A stretch of DNA of 64,000 nt. Origin: Kudoa neothunni (taxonomy: Eukaryota > Animalia > Cnidaria). The translations under genes were made by a program, and so were the position numbers. The stretch spans positions 7,396,035 through 7,460,034 of the forward strand of contig OZ199838.1 in the NCBI GenBank assembly GCA_964304625.1, read 5' to 3'. The notes beneath the pieces are model-generated. The model saw only the letters and a program-made list of their open reading frames with translations, did not search any database and had not been told where the DNA came from. Positions 1 to 11,673 of the stretch are shown in pieces (the stretch's first letter is position 1; each line of letters starts with the position of its first letter).

Positions 1-146
1 CTAAAAATTTTCAAAGGCTATGAGAAACTACAGAATTAGTCAAATGAACATTGGCTCTGCCTACGAACATACACTTAGAGCTCGTTCGTTCATTTACCAA
101 GATTATTAACAAAAAACGATAACATTATTTATTTACTGCTATTGAA

Positions 147-262
147 TGTAACGCAAGGTCCTAACCGGGATCCGAACCTGGGTTCTTTGCATAACAAGGC
201 GGTGGTGCCATATCGCACATCTATGGTTGGTGGATTACAACCCTTATAATCCACGTGTTACA
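147..262 (-). mobile_element. 116-bp TG..CA mini/solo-LTR-like element containing a tRNA T-arm/B-box-like sequence
   Basis: Ends are TGTAAC...GTTACA. Flanks are ttgaa/ttcaa, a 5-bp TSD with 1 mismatch. Minus strand has CCCAGGTTCGGATCCCGG (B-box-like). Internal hairpin GTGGATTA/TAATCCAC. Confidence 0.45.
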
Positions 263-1249
263 TTCAATATTTTATTGTATCAGATATACCATAATTAAAA
301 ATTAGATTTTTAAAATTCGTTTTAAGGGCATAAGATGTCATTACTGATGTCAATACGAGATTTACAAATTATTAAATTATTGTTTAACTTATATAAATCC
401 ATATATAATATTAAATTTACCGGAAAAGTATGTAGAGTAGGAAAAAATCAACAAAGTTACATCTAAACCAGCGTTGGTTGAATTTGTCTGATTTTTTACC
501 CTAGTTTTTTCAAAAGGTTGCATAATCGCAACAAATTGTTTCAAAAGGAACAAATCCTATATTCTAAAGATGGAAATATAATCATTGTTGATTTCATTAT
601 GAGGAATCTTCAATTAGATGATTATATGTTTTATGAAATTCTTCATATCAAATGAAAATGTATACAGTAGAAGTTTATCAAGGTCAAGCAACAATTATAC
701 ATTTTAATAAGTTATCCTTAAAGCCCAAAGAATACAGAAGTTCAGACTAAAAAGAACATGCCAATAATCTATGAAAACAAACACATTTTGAATGTTATGC
801 CCTAGTTGAGACCAACACTTTGGATTTTTTTAAATCATTAATAGCGATGACCCACGGCTTTGTCATGACCGCGGATCATTTTGGAAATACTGCGAAAAGT
901 GTTATGAGTGTTGGAATAATGAAAGTTTTAATTCTACAAAAAAGATTTTGTTGGTGGTATCCAATGCTAACCCATTATCACAAGTTTTTGTTAACCCTTT
1001 CATGCCTGAAAATCAAGCTGTAATAATTTATTTTTTTAAGAGCGCAACAATATTTTTGTATTTTTAATAATAACACATTTAAAAATTTCGGAAATACTTA
1101 ATTAGGAACCATATCTAATTAAATGTTGCCAAAAGGCAACATTCGGATACGCCTTAATCCCCAAAACAATTATGCGCGGGGGTAAGGAAGATTTCTTTCT
1201 GCTCCAAATTACACAAATTTCACACATTCAATAACAAAAAAATATTTCT

Positions 1250-4200
1250 AATTTTGTTTGTGGAAATTTAAATAACAATTTCTGTTGATATTTAAGCACA
1301 GATAAAATTTACATTACATGCACATAATTGTAGAATGCATTCCGTACAATTTGCATCTAGCCTTCGTTGTTGTAAATGAAGGGATGTGGGAAATTTCGTC
1401 GAAACGCACAGTAGCACTTACTTTTGATTCTGGTAGATTATATATTCTTCTAGATATAGGGATCGGGATATTAGTAATACCTGATGTGGACGGCCTCCCT
1501 CTTTTACTCGCAACACTTACCACTTGATTCTCATGCATCAATCGTTCACTTACCGAAACACTGAAATCTAACAAACATAAGCTTTTATTTGTTGGAATTT
1601 CATGTAAAGAACATTGACGTTTATAAAAGAGTCATCCGTTAAGGATGCATAGGTTCATCGCCCACAAGAAGACTCTCTTGTACCACTTTTTGTACTTGTG
1701 GTCAAGTCTATACAGAGTCATCAACATGTCGAAAAAGTCTACACTGCCCATATTTTGATTATACATTTTAATTATATTGGGGGTAGTCAATTTTTATAAC
1801 TTTTTTTGCCTTTCGATCATATCTATCAATAGAGCTCAAGGGGAAAATAGAGTGAACCGTCGATGTCACAGTTACAGCTGACCCATCTAATCAACGTACA
1901 ATGTTTGTTTTAAAACGACCGTCAAGATGTAAGGCATATTCATAACTTCCTCTTTTTAGCTTCCTGAATGTCTCATCATCACCTAATGGGACAATTTCGG
2001 AGACGATTCGATCTTAAGTACCAATTGAATGATGATCTATCTTCAGCAGAATTGAGTGCAATGATAACGTGGTAAAATAATCATCATTATAGAAATGATG
2101 CTTGCTTCCGTTCTTTATGGATCCTGCTAATTTTAAAACGATGTCAAAGGAGCGAAAACCAGAACGTTCATCATCGTATTTAAAATCCCCATTTTCAAAA
2201 AAAAGTCGTGCACTACCGGGTTTTGCATCAGAATCCGGACAACATACTAGTTTTTTCCGGATGTTTTCGAAATTATCTTCGTAAACCGCTACACGTTGAA
2301 CAGCATTAGTGACATAATTCCCGGCATTGTTGAACACACTAACGAAAAACGGAAATTTGTTATTGATGCGGTGATTTTTAAATGTAAATCACAAGCTGAA
2401 ACTTCTAGAGATTTAAATGTTCCACGCTCGACCGTAAGTGGCAATAAAAATTTACGATGTCGAGGAAAGAACATTCAAGACCTCAAAGGGAGGTTCTGTC
2501 AATGTGACACTGACTGAAGACCTTAAGCAACATCTTCTTGATCTCATAGAAGACGATTGCACAATAACCCTACAATCTATGCTCGAAAAGCTAGATTTGT
2601 TGGTTCATAGAACAACAGTTTGGAGATGGCTCAAAGCACTCAAAATAACTTTTTGAATGACCCGCCCTATTCCAAAAAGTAGGAATTGTGCGGAAGTAAA
2701 ATCGGAGCGTAGCTGCTATGCGAATTGGTATCAAGAGCTTCCTCACGATATACGCTACAAAAATTTAATTTTTGTCGACGAGAGTCCCTTTTCGCTCCAT
2801 GGGCGTTCACCAGTGGGAATCACACCAAACCCAGTGGTGCAAAACAGTAGGGGACGAAATGCCATTATGATCCTCGCCGTCAGTGCCATTAGCGTGGTTA
2901 GTTGCGAACCTGTACATGGTGGTGTAAACCATGTTGTTTTCCAATAATTCTTGACAAAATTTAAAGATGTTCTTGATGAAGGCCATTACATAACAATAAT
3001 GGACAATGTAAGGTTCCACCATATAAACCAAGAGTTCTGCGATGAATACCCTTACGAAGTTCACTATTTACCGAGGTATTCACCATTTCTAAACCCCTGC
3101 GAAGAGATTTTTTCCAAAATTAAAAGTAATGTTCGCCGAGGCGGACCATTACAGGGGACCAATGATCTGCTGGGGAGAATGGAGAATACCTCTCATTCTG
3201 TCACAGAAACCCACTTAAAAAATTATTTCCAGCACATTGAAACGTTTTTGGGTGGTGGTCACACGTTCCATGATATTAGGCGTGAGTAATGTTAGGACAA
3301 TTAGTATTATTTCCAGACATTTTATCTGTTTATTGTTTGAATTTTTGCGCTTATTACTTAATTTGCTAACTTTTGTAATTGATAAAAATAAAAATTTGTT
3401 TTCAAAAAATCATGAGTTAGAATAACGATTGAACGTTAAAGTAACCGAAAAAATTACTCAAAATACACAGTTTGTTGAGTCCGAATTCGAGCGCAAAACC
3501 CGGTATACCATCAGATCCATTTCTAATAAAAACCTTGAATCCCTATTTTGTAGGTTTCGAGGGCAAGTATCTCTTGAGACCAGACTTCCTTTAAATGGTA
3601 TCATCTGCTCATCCACACATTGGTTGTATTCGGGTTCAATTTTTAGGCATTCTTCCTTTATCATGTTTAGCAAGGGTCTCACTTTAAAGAAACGGTCGCA
3701 GTCTTTACTGGTTCTAGAGGTCACTAGTTTATTATTATCGCAAAAATGTGTATATCTTTTGATGGACCCAAATCGATCTCTGGACATTTTTTCTGATATA
3801 GAACTACAATTGAGTTCACTACACCAATAGTTTCTTGTACGTGGTAATTTGATTATTGACATACGTATAAGCATCCCAATATATAATTTCATTTCGTTTG
3901 TTGTAGCTCTAAAATTTGAATTGGTTTCTAAGGCGTAATTATAAGTTTCTTTGCATATAAGTTAGAACAATTCATCTGTAAAGTATCTGTTGAAATATAA
4001 GTGAAGATCCAAAATTGGTTCCATTTTAAATTCCACGCTTGATGAAAAACTTTCTTCAATTATGTTTAACACCTTTTTCACGTAATTAGGTTGATCATTA
4101 TTGTATTCTTCTTTATCAGAGTTGGCACCTGAAATCGAATCACATTGTAGGTTGTTGTTTTCATCATCAGATATATTCTCGGCGTCAGGTTTATCAGCAT

Positions 4201-4270
4201 CTGGGAGTAATATTAATTCCTCAACAATTTTACCATCAACATTGATCTTTTTCACTAAATCTGCATCCAT
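1250..4270 (-). pseudogene. piggyBac transposase pseudogene
   Basis: Fragments MSRDRF, RFFKVRP, VDEQMIPFKG and a Cys-rich tail. Colinear with the 51992-53605 ORF. Frameshifted and interrupted at 2216-3503. Confidence 0.9.
2216..3503 (+). mobile_element. IS630/Tc1-like transposon with disrupted transposase (DD32E spacing)
   Basis: TA-CCGGGTTTTGC...GCAAAACCCGG-TA. Removing it restores the piggyBac sequence. Motifs FVDES, MDNVRFH, YSPFLNPCE, with in-frame stops. Confidence 0.92.
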
Positions 4271-4333
4271 CGCAATGTTGACCATGAAAAACAGCACTTG
4301 CGCCGAATGTTGCCATGTAGCAACAAGCCTTAA

Positions 4334-5591
4334 CCCTCCCCGTACTGCGTGCGAAAAAATTACGCGTGTGCCGATGGGGTCCATTTGGGAGCCCCTTTTA
4401 AATCGGCCTTAAACGCCACCAATTATTACGAAACTAACATGATGTTATTTATAGACATTTATAAGTATAAAAAATAAACTTTAACCTCTCTCTCTCCGGT
4501 AGCTTAAAATGCAGATAGGAGACCAAGATGAACTTATTGTGTCCGACCAATGTGATGAAATCAGCGCATACATTTCAGCATTAATGGCTTCGAAGATGTC
4601 TAAAAGAAATAAATATCCAATTTATTCGACTAGGTGTCATAAAAAATTAATAGGTGATGATCAAACACAGGCCAAACTAAGCGCCGTTCTTTAGAAATTA
4701 TCGGGCCGTTTCGGAAATAGTAAATGCTACATCCCCTTACGTTTTTACGAACTTTTATTTATTTATTTGCATATTTAAGAGTTAATATGATTAGATTAAA
4801 GAATATAGTTTAAGGAAACCTAAGTTGTTTAAATATTTTGGTATCCATACTTGCAAAACTGCTGGAACATACATTTAACGCTTCTATACAAATAATTCGT
4901 AGCACATACATGTCGATATCAATAATCAATAAACACACGGTGCTTTAAACTATTGTTAAATACTCAATATAAATATTAATAGCCATTATTTCTGACTATT
5001 TTTAAAAATTATTGACAGGTCTTATTGTTTATGTTATTAAATTTGCAATATAACAATTATTCGCCAAATACTTTATACTCTATCAATTTATATTTCGCCG
5101 AATAAAAATTACGGAATCCCCAGATAATACACAAAGATTCTAATAGTTATATTGCAATTAATGAATCATGGATTAATTTATTGTTGGTAAACAGAGATTC
5201 TTTAGAGAAACAAGAGCCTACCAACCAAGAAGCGCGGTACGGATGAATTCTCGCTGATCTCCTATTAAGTCGAAGTATATATAAACCTTATGTATATATG
5301 GCTTAAAGATCAATTAAACAAAATTTATATAAATAAGTAAAATAGATTAATATGCACATAACGAACCATTTTTCTCGAAATTCTATAGGAATAAACATGC
5401 GGATTATGAAATAAATATAATCTCTAAGGCATATTTTTTAAATTAGAAAAAAAATTTTAGTTTCTATACTTAATTTTTAACTTTATAGAGGCATTCCTGG
5501 AACAGTAAAGAAGTCAACCGTTTAGTTTCAGTGTAACGCGAAAAATACTGAAATTGGGGTCCCTAATGGACCCCGCTTCGGACAGGGAGGG
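4334..5591. mobile_element. non-autonomous piggyBac-type element
   Basis: TTAA-CCCTCCCCGTAC ... GGACAGGGAGGG-TTAA. GGGGTCC..CCCC subterminal motifs at both ends. No coding capacity. Confidence 0.75.
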
Positions 5592-6508
5592 TTAATCTAC
5601 TACTCCAAACTAGAGTTCTTTTAGATTAGATGATGTATACAAATTTTCGTAAAAAAGATGTATCATTTTATAATATATATTTTTAAATGCAGGTAAAATA
5701 ATAATTAGGATGTAAATTTAGTGCCATAAAATGACCTTTTTATTGTTTGAACATTTTCAATTTAAAACTTGTTTTTATTAACTAAAAAATTTTGATAATT
5801 ACCTAATTTTTCGTTCGATAAAAGAATAAATATTAATTTGACTTTTTTAAGGAATGTTTCGGCTGTAAAATATAATACTCAATGAGAAATTATAAAAACA
5901 ATCCGATGTCGCTATATAGTAGCATTTGGCGTGAAAGAGTTAATCAGTTTTCGAAAATTTTTAATTTTAGTTAATATTTCGGTAAATTAAACTAAAAATT
6001 ATATACTTGAATAATTATTCTTAATTTTTATGGATGAACCGTCTAACATAACGACAAAACCTCATCTAGATACAGTGGGTGACGTGTAGTTCGTAATTTG
6101 AAGAAATATTACAAAATTAACGTACACAAAAGATTATAATACGTTATTTATTTCTCGAACTATTTAAAAACATTTATTTGGCCATTATGAATACAAATAA
6201 AATATTTTTAAACTAATTAATTAGATTTTTTCTGGATTATTTTGTAGTGACGTGTGGTTTGTAATTTCTTCAGGTGCGTTGAGATTTTTGTTTTCTATTG
6301 GTGGTGAATTGAGGGACAGAAATAAAAATTTGGTCGGGACTTTAAAAGAGAAATATAAAATAATAAAGTTTTTCCAAAACCACCGAAGGCGTGGAGCGGA
6401 AACAATATTGAAAATGACGCCAATATTAATGATCTTATAAGTGATGGTAATCGTAACAGAGACGATAAATTTGATGGCATAGGACGAAGAATTATTCCAT
6501 TAAAAATT

Positions 6509-9500
6509 GGTAGTGGCTATATCTCAGGTAATCAATATCTATAAAACTACTCAGTATTGTTTGCCCATATTCCACATATCATCTAATGTTTATCTAACTT
6601 AATTTTCTGTAAATTTTTGAAAAATTGAAAAAAATAATTTTTTCTTTGTGTGACCATACACAAGTCCAACAGCAGGTGGGAACGATTTTTTATTTTTTTA
6701 ATATAATTTCATCAATTAGCATCATTATACACAAAATATAGAAATAATAATAATTTTTGTCTTTTTTTTAAATTAATATTCTTCAAGTTATATGAAATAA
6801 AACTAATAATGAGTTTAAATACTACTTTAAGCGATCACTCAATAAAACAGCTTTCATATGACACATGTAGAGGATTATTCTCAAAATTAAATTTTTTTTT
6901 ATATATTTAATTTTAAAGTTATAATTTTATTTCTTTTTTTTTATAATTCTGATTGCAGTTAAACGACTTCCTCGTGGTCGACCAATCGACTTAACTTTAG
7001 GAGGAATCACTAGATCTGAACAAAAATTAGCATAATTTTTTGTTAGGTTTAACCCTTTAATTGAGGTTCTTCTACGATGGCGTTTGATTCATCGTTATAA
7101 TCAATTTGTTCTTCCAGAGGACCAAAATCATCACTGGAATTAAGTTTTGGTATTTTGGTACGTGAGACTTCTATTAAATTTATCGATGACTCCTAATTTT
7201 TATTAGTTAAAGTCAAATTATAAATTTTATACGTTTTCTTGAAATTCAGTTTCATCTTTAACTATATAAAATTTAATATTTCATTTATAAACAAAAATCA
7301 CATGTATCAAGGAACTGATCGATAACCATGACATCGTGACTTCTAATTATTTTTTCCAATAGATTTATTGATTTTTCGAAAAATTCGGAAGTTGAGTTGG
7401 CTAGTTTGGTTGTAAAATTTGACGTGTACTTCAACTTTTGTCCAAATGTCTTTATGTTAATTTTTTGTTTCTTTTCAAGAACAACAGTAGGAAGATTTTC
7501 TGTATTATTTTGAGTTGTAGATTCCGCATTTAAAAACTTCATTCCATATGCCTTTTTCCATCGATCATTGCATAATGTTTCACAGAATAACGGAAGTTTT
7601 TCTGATAACCTGTAGCTTAGAACATGGCGACATGGTAATGAAAATGAGCGATAAAATAAACAAAGACACGTTGATCGACTTGTGGTTTCATTTGAGTTAG
7701 AGGATAATGCAGTATTGTCCACGAATTTATGTTCTTTTTGAAGCATGATAAGTGCATAATTCCTCAGACATTCTTTATGGTGTAGAACCTGCTTATTGTT
7801 GAGAATCTCATTTGATTCATAATACAGTTGATCAATTGAAGAAACTTCCCTTTCAATTTTAAGTGAACTTAGAATTTTAAAAAAACTTTGGATGAAGTCG
7901 GCTAACGAACTGAATTTTTGGACAACACTTTTAATTTTGGAATTTATTACTTCAAGGCGATTGTTGGTTTCGTTGTCGTAAAAATTTTTCGTATTGCTGA
8001 TACCAATGACCCATTCATTGTATACTCCTTCCCAATTTCTTTTGAAATATTCACTTAATTTGGGATTTTTAAAATCGTGAATTTGGTCAACATAATGCAA
8101 ATATTCAATGTAATCAGTCGAGTACATCATTTTTTGTAAACAACTTAAAATCTCTTGTCTTTTAATAAAAGATATCTCAAATTCGTTAACGGTGATATGT
8201 CTTTGAAAAATTTGATTCACATGAAATTTACATAAAATGAATGATGATAGTGGAAAACTTAATTTGAGACATTTTCTTAGCTTTTCATCCTTGTCTGTAA
8301 CAATGGTATGTACATTTTTTGATAAGTTTGGTATCAATTATGCCAAAGTATTACAAAACCATTGGGTGGAATCTTCCGTCTCTTCGTAGAAAATGCAGGC
8401 ACTCGAAATATGAGTCAAACCAAAAGAATCCTCCCCAGCAGATATGTATAACGGGGCACTAAAATTATAAAATTATTCATCCGTTTTCAAAAGTTACCTT
8501 GAATTAAGGAGTTTATAAGTTGCATCAACGAACATAACCTCAGAATAAAATTCCAAAAATGATTTCATTTTGTCGTCAGGGAAAAAATTCCATTAACGAC
8601 TTTATGATTATCATATAAAATCCTAACGTAACATTTGAAATCTTCTTTCAACATTTTCTCTATTACACATAGGTTATCACAGAATGAGTCTTTGTTTTCT
8701 CTAATATTGTGGATGGATTTCAAACGGATGTTTTTACCCGTTTCGTTGTAAATTTTATTTTGAATTAATTTTTCATTGGTCGTAAGGTGAATTAATTCCG
8801 CGAGATTTGGGTCATTTAGGTCAATTTGTCGTTGTTTTGGGAGATTTCGATATAGCACTGCACTTAAATCATGATTATGTTCTAATTTACTAGAACGTAC
8901 TTCAAGTGCTACACCATCAACAGAGGTCCTAAGAGATAAAACCAGGGGGCAGTTTTCCTTTAATGCCGGTTTGTTTCTAATTCCATCGGATTTTGTTTTA
9001 TTCTTGCCACTGAAAATACAACGATATGTAATTTCATAATACCGCAGAGATTGGTTAATTGATTTTGTAATTCTATTTCGAATATTCGAAATAGTCCTCG
9101 CTTGATATTTATAAAGATTGCAAAAGTTTGACTCTTCGTAATTTTTTATAGCATTATCGAGTTCCTCGAAAGAATGAAATCGTTTTCCAATTGCAAACAT
9201 ATTTGAACTCATCCTGCGCCACGCTAATCAGAAAGAGAAATGGCGCGCTCGAGTTATAGATAACTAAGAAATTTATTATTATTTCTATATTTTGTATATA
9301 ATGATGTTAATTGATGAAATTATATTAAAAAAATAAAAAATCGTACCCAGCTGCTGTTGAACTTGTGTATGGTCACACAAAGAAAAAATTATTTTTTTCA
9401 ATTTTTCAAAAATTTACAGAAAATTAAGTTAGATAAACATTAGATGATATGTGGAATATGGGCAAACAATACTGAGTAGTTTTATAGATATTGATTACCT

Positions 9501-9517
9501 GAGATATAGCCACTTCC
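6509..9517 (-). mobile_element. Mutator-like element (MULE) with ~185-bp TIRs
   Basis: Near-perfect inverted repeats at about 6509-6690 and 9335-9517. 9-bp TSD ttaaaaatt/ttaaaaaat. Confidence 0.92.
7285..9212 (-). pseudogene. MULE transposase (ZSWIM3-like N-terminus, DDE, SWIM zinc finger), frameshifted
   Basis: Motifs TDKD, LCKFH, TNNRLE and SWIM CLC..LPCRH. Reading frame broken at 8340-8565. Confidence 0.88.
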
Positions 9518-11673
9518 TTAAAAAATTTACCCTCTCACATTTATCTGATTTAAGACATTACTTGAAATATCATAGTTTTAATGGTAATAGCTATCAAACG
9601 GATATTGGACGAGAAGTACACAATATAATTGTCAGAAAACTTAAGAATATTACTATGATTCAGAAATTAATCCAAAATAAATTATCTTTATAGTTGATTT
9701 ATAGAATTATATCCTCCTTAGTACCGTGAGCGAAATCTTAGAAATTACGAACGACACGTACAATACGTATGGTTCGTAATTTTTTCTTGGTCCCAATGGG
9801 ATTATGAACGAGTGGTCACCCACTGTATAGTTGTTAATTCTAGCTCGAGCAAAGGGTTCTAACACAGTTACTTGAAATTAAAAGAATTGAGACAAACACT
9901 GTTTGATTTATTCAGTGATCAATGATTACGTATTTTAAGGTTGAACTAAAATAATTTAGTTGGATATGGGCCTGGTGGAGCTAATGTAATGAGTCAAAAT
10001 ATGATAACGTTTTGACCCGAATATTTAATAAGAACCTCTTTATTCGTTTTACTTGTATATGCCATTCGCTTGACAAGGTTTATGAATAAGCATTTTCTGT
10101 CTTATCACATTTCATGAGTGGTGTTTGAAAAAAATTCCAAAATGTTTCAAAAAATTAATTGGAGGAAATTTGATTATCAAAAACTTTTCAAAATTTTGGT
10201 AGAGGAAATAATCGATAAATCGTAATTCGTAAATCCTATCTTCATGTTAGACAATAGGACAACATTTGCATCGCAAAGGGAATATAATTAAGCGATTAGT
10301 TGATAACGTTATTAACCCAAATCAGACATCCTACCAAATTTTTACCACACAAAATCAGAAAATTCAGACTTTTTTGCAATAATCACAATAATATTTAATT
10401 ATATATGTGATTATTATATGAGTTTATGACTGAGACATGATCTTCAGGGATATAGCGTCATTTCGTTGACGTTTTGAAAAATTCTCGCATTCGAGTAAGG
10501 TCATCTGAAGTAGAGCACATATTATCTCTTTTGAAGTTTTGGATAGTTACCACAAAATAAAATATTCTCTCTAGTAAAATGTAACTCAGAGTTAGTTAAA
10601 GTAGAGATGTGCGATATGTTCTGTTCCGTACGATGAAAACTACATTGCGGATAAACAACACTTTAAAATGCGATTGAATCTAATTTTGTGATGTCATCAC
10701 CTATTGTATGTTCATTTTATTCAACTTCATTTAGTTTTCAATATTCTTCCTCGGTAATTTCAATTTAAAATGGGTTCTCCAGCAACATTTTAATACAGAA
10801 TGGTCGTTTCATGTAAGGATAAAGTATAAAACTCTATTTTACAAATATACGTTTGTTGACTGACTCGTATAAATTTACAGCTTGTGCATTTGATTCTGTC
10901 TACAATTTTTAAATACCTCCTAGTTATATTTTTAGTGCCGAATTCGGGAATTAATTGAATAAATGTTTTAAAATAATCAATTTCATCAACATACACATGT
11001 AAATCTAGAAATTACACAATCTGTTCATGAAATATTTAAATCAAAGAGTACTCAAGAAAGGATAAATAACGTGGCATCCAAATAAATATTGAACGAACAA
11101 ACACAATCTCTAACTGGAGATCGTATAATTAATAAGGAATAAATAATAGTTTTTAAGTAGGGCGACGCCGAGTCATCATTTTAATACTTTTTGATGATTT
11201 AAGTAAGTATAATCCATAAACAAATACATTTTTGTTCAAATGAGGCATCAAATTCACCACCATATATTTTAATTTATGATGATATTATAGGTAATCCGCT
11301 GGTAATATTTACAATGAAGTGAGATAGCTACGAGAAATGTTTGCCGGATACGAAAGTTTAAATCGTTAAGTAGCTTATAATATTATTTAGCAAGCCTTGA
11401 GTGTGAAATGGCCGCAATAACTTAGTTAACTGTTGAACAATTTTAATGAGCCTTACCTAAATGCTTACAAATTAATATTTTTATTATTTAAGCGTATTTC
11501 AACGCATATTAGAGATTAACTAAGTCAAAATATTTTCATAAATGTATCAAAATATTTCTTTCTCCTAAATCTATCACCAAATTGGTACTGAATTCGAAAA
11601 TAAATATTTAAACATTATAGTATTTATTATCGAGAAAAGGATTAAAATAAGCTTTATTAGAGTGAAGTGATTC

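Larger units (their letters stand above)
995..5939 (-). mobile_element. piggyBac DNA transposon, degenerate, with two nested insertions
   Basis: TTAA-CCCTTTCATGCC ... GGCGTGAAAGAG-TTAA. Subterminal palindrome AATGTTGCCAAAAGGCAACATT. Same family as 51735-54131. Confidence 0.88.
6073..9825. mobile_element. Tc1/mariner-type non-autonomous element with IR-DR-like ends, hosting a MULE
   Basis: TA-CAGTGGGTGAC ... GTCACCCACTG-TA. Repeated ACGTGTnGTTCGTAATTT-like motif near 6082, 6250, 9740 and 9765. Confidence 0.65.

Noticed and set aside
9451-9693. 80-aa ORF
   Set aside because: It starts inside a MULE TIR and crosses the element boundary, so it is spurious.
10430-11100. Minus-strand coding-like remnant with CxxC (RIKCTSCK)
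   Set aside because: Many stops, no consistent splice path, and the family cannot be assigned.
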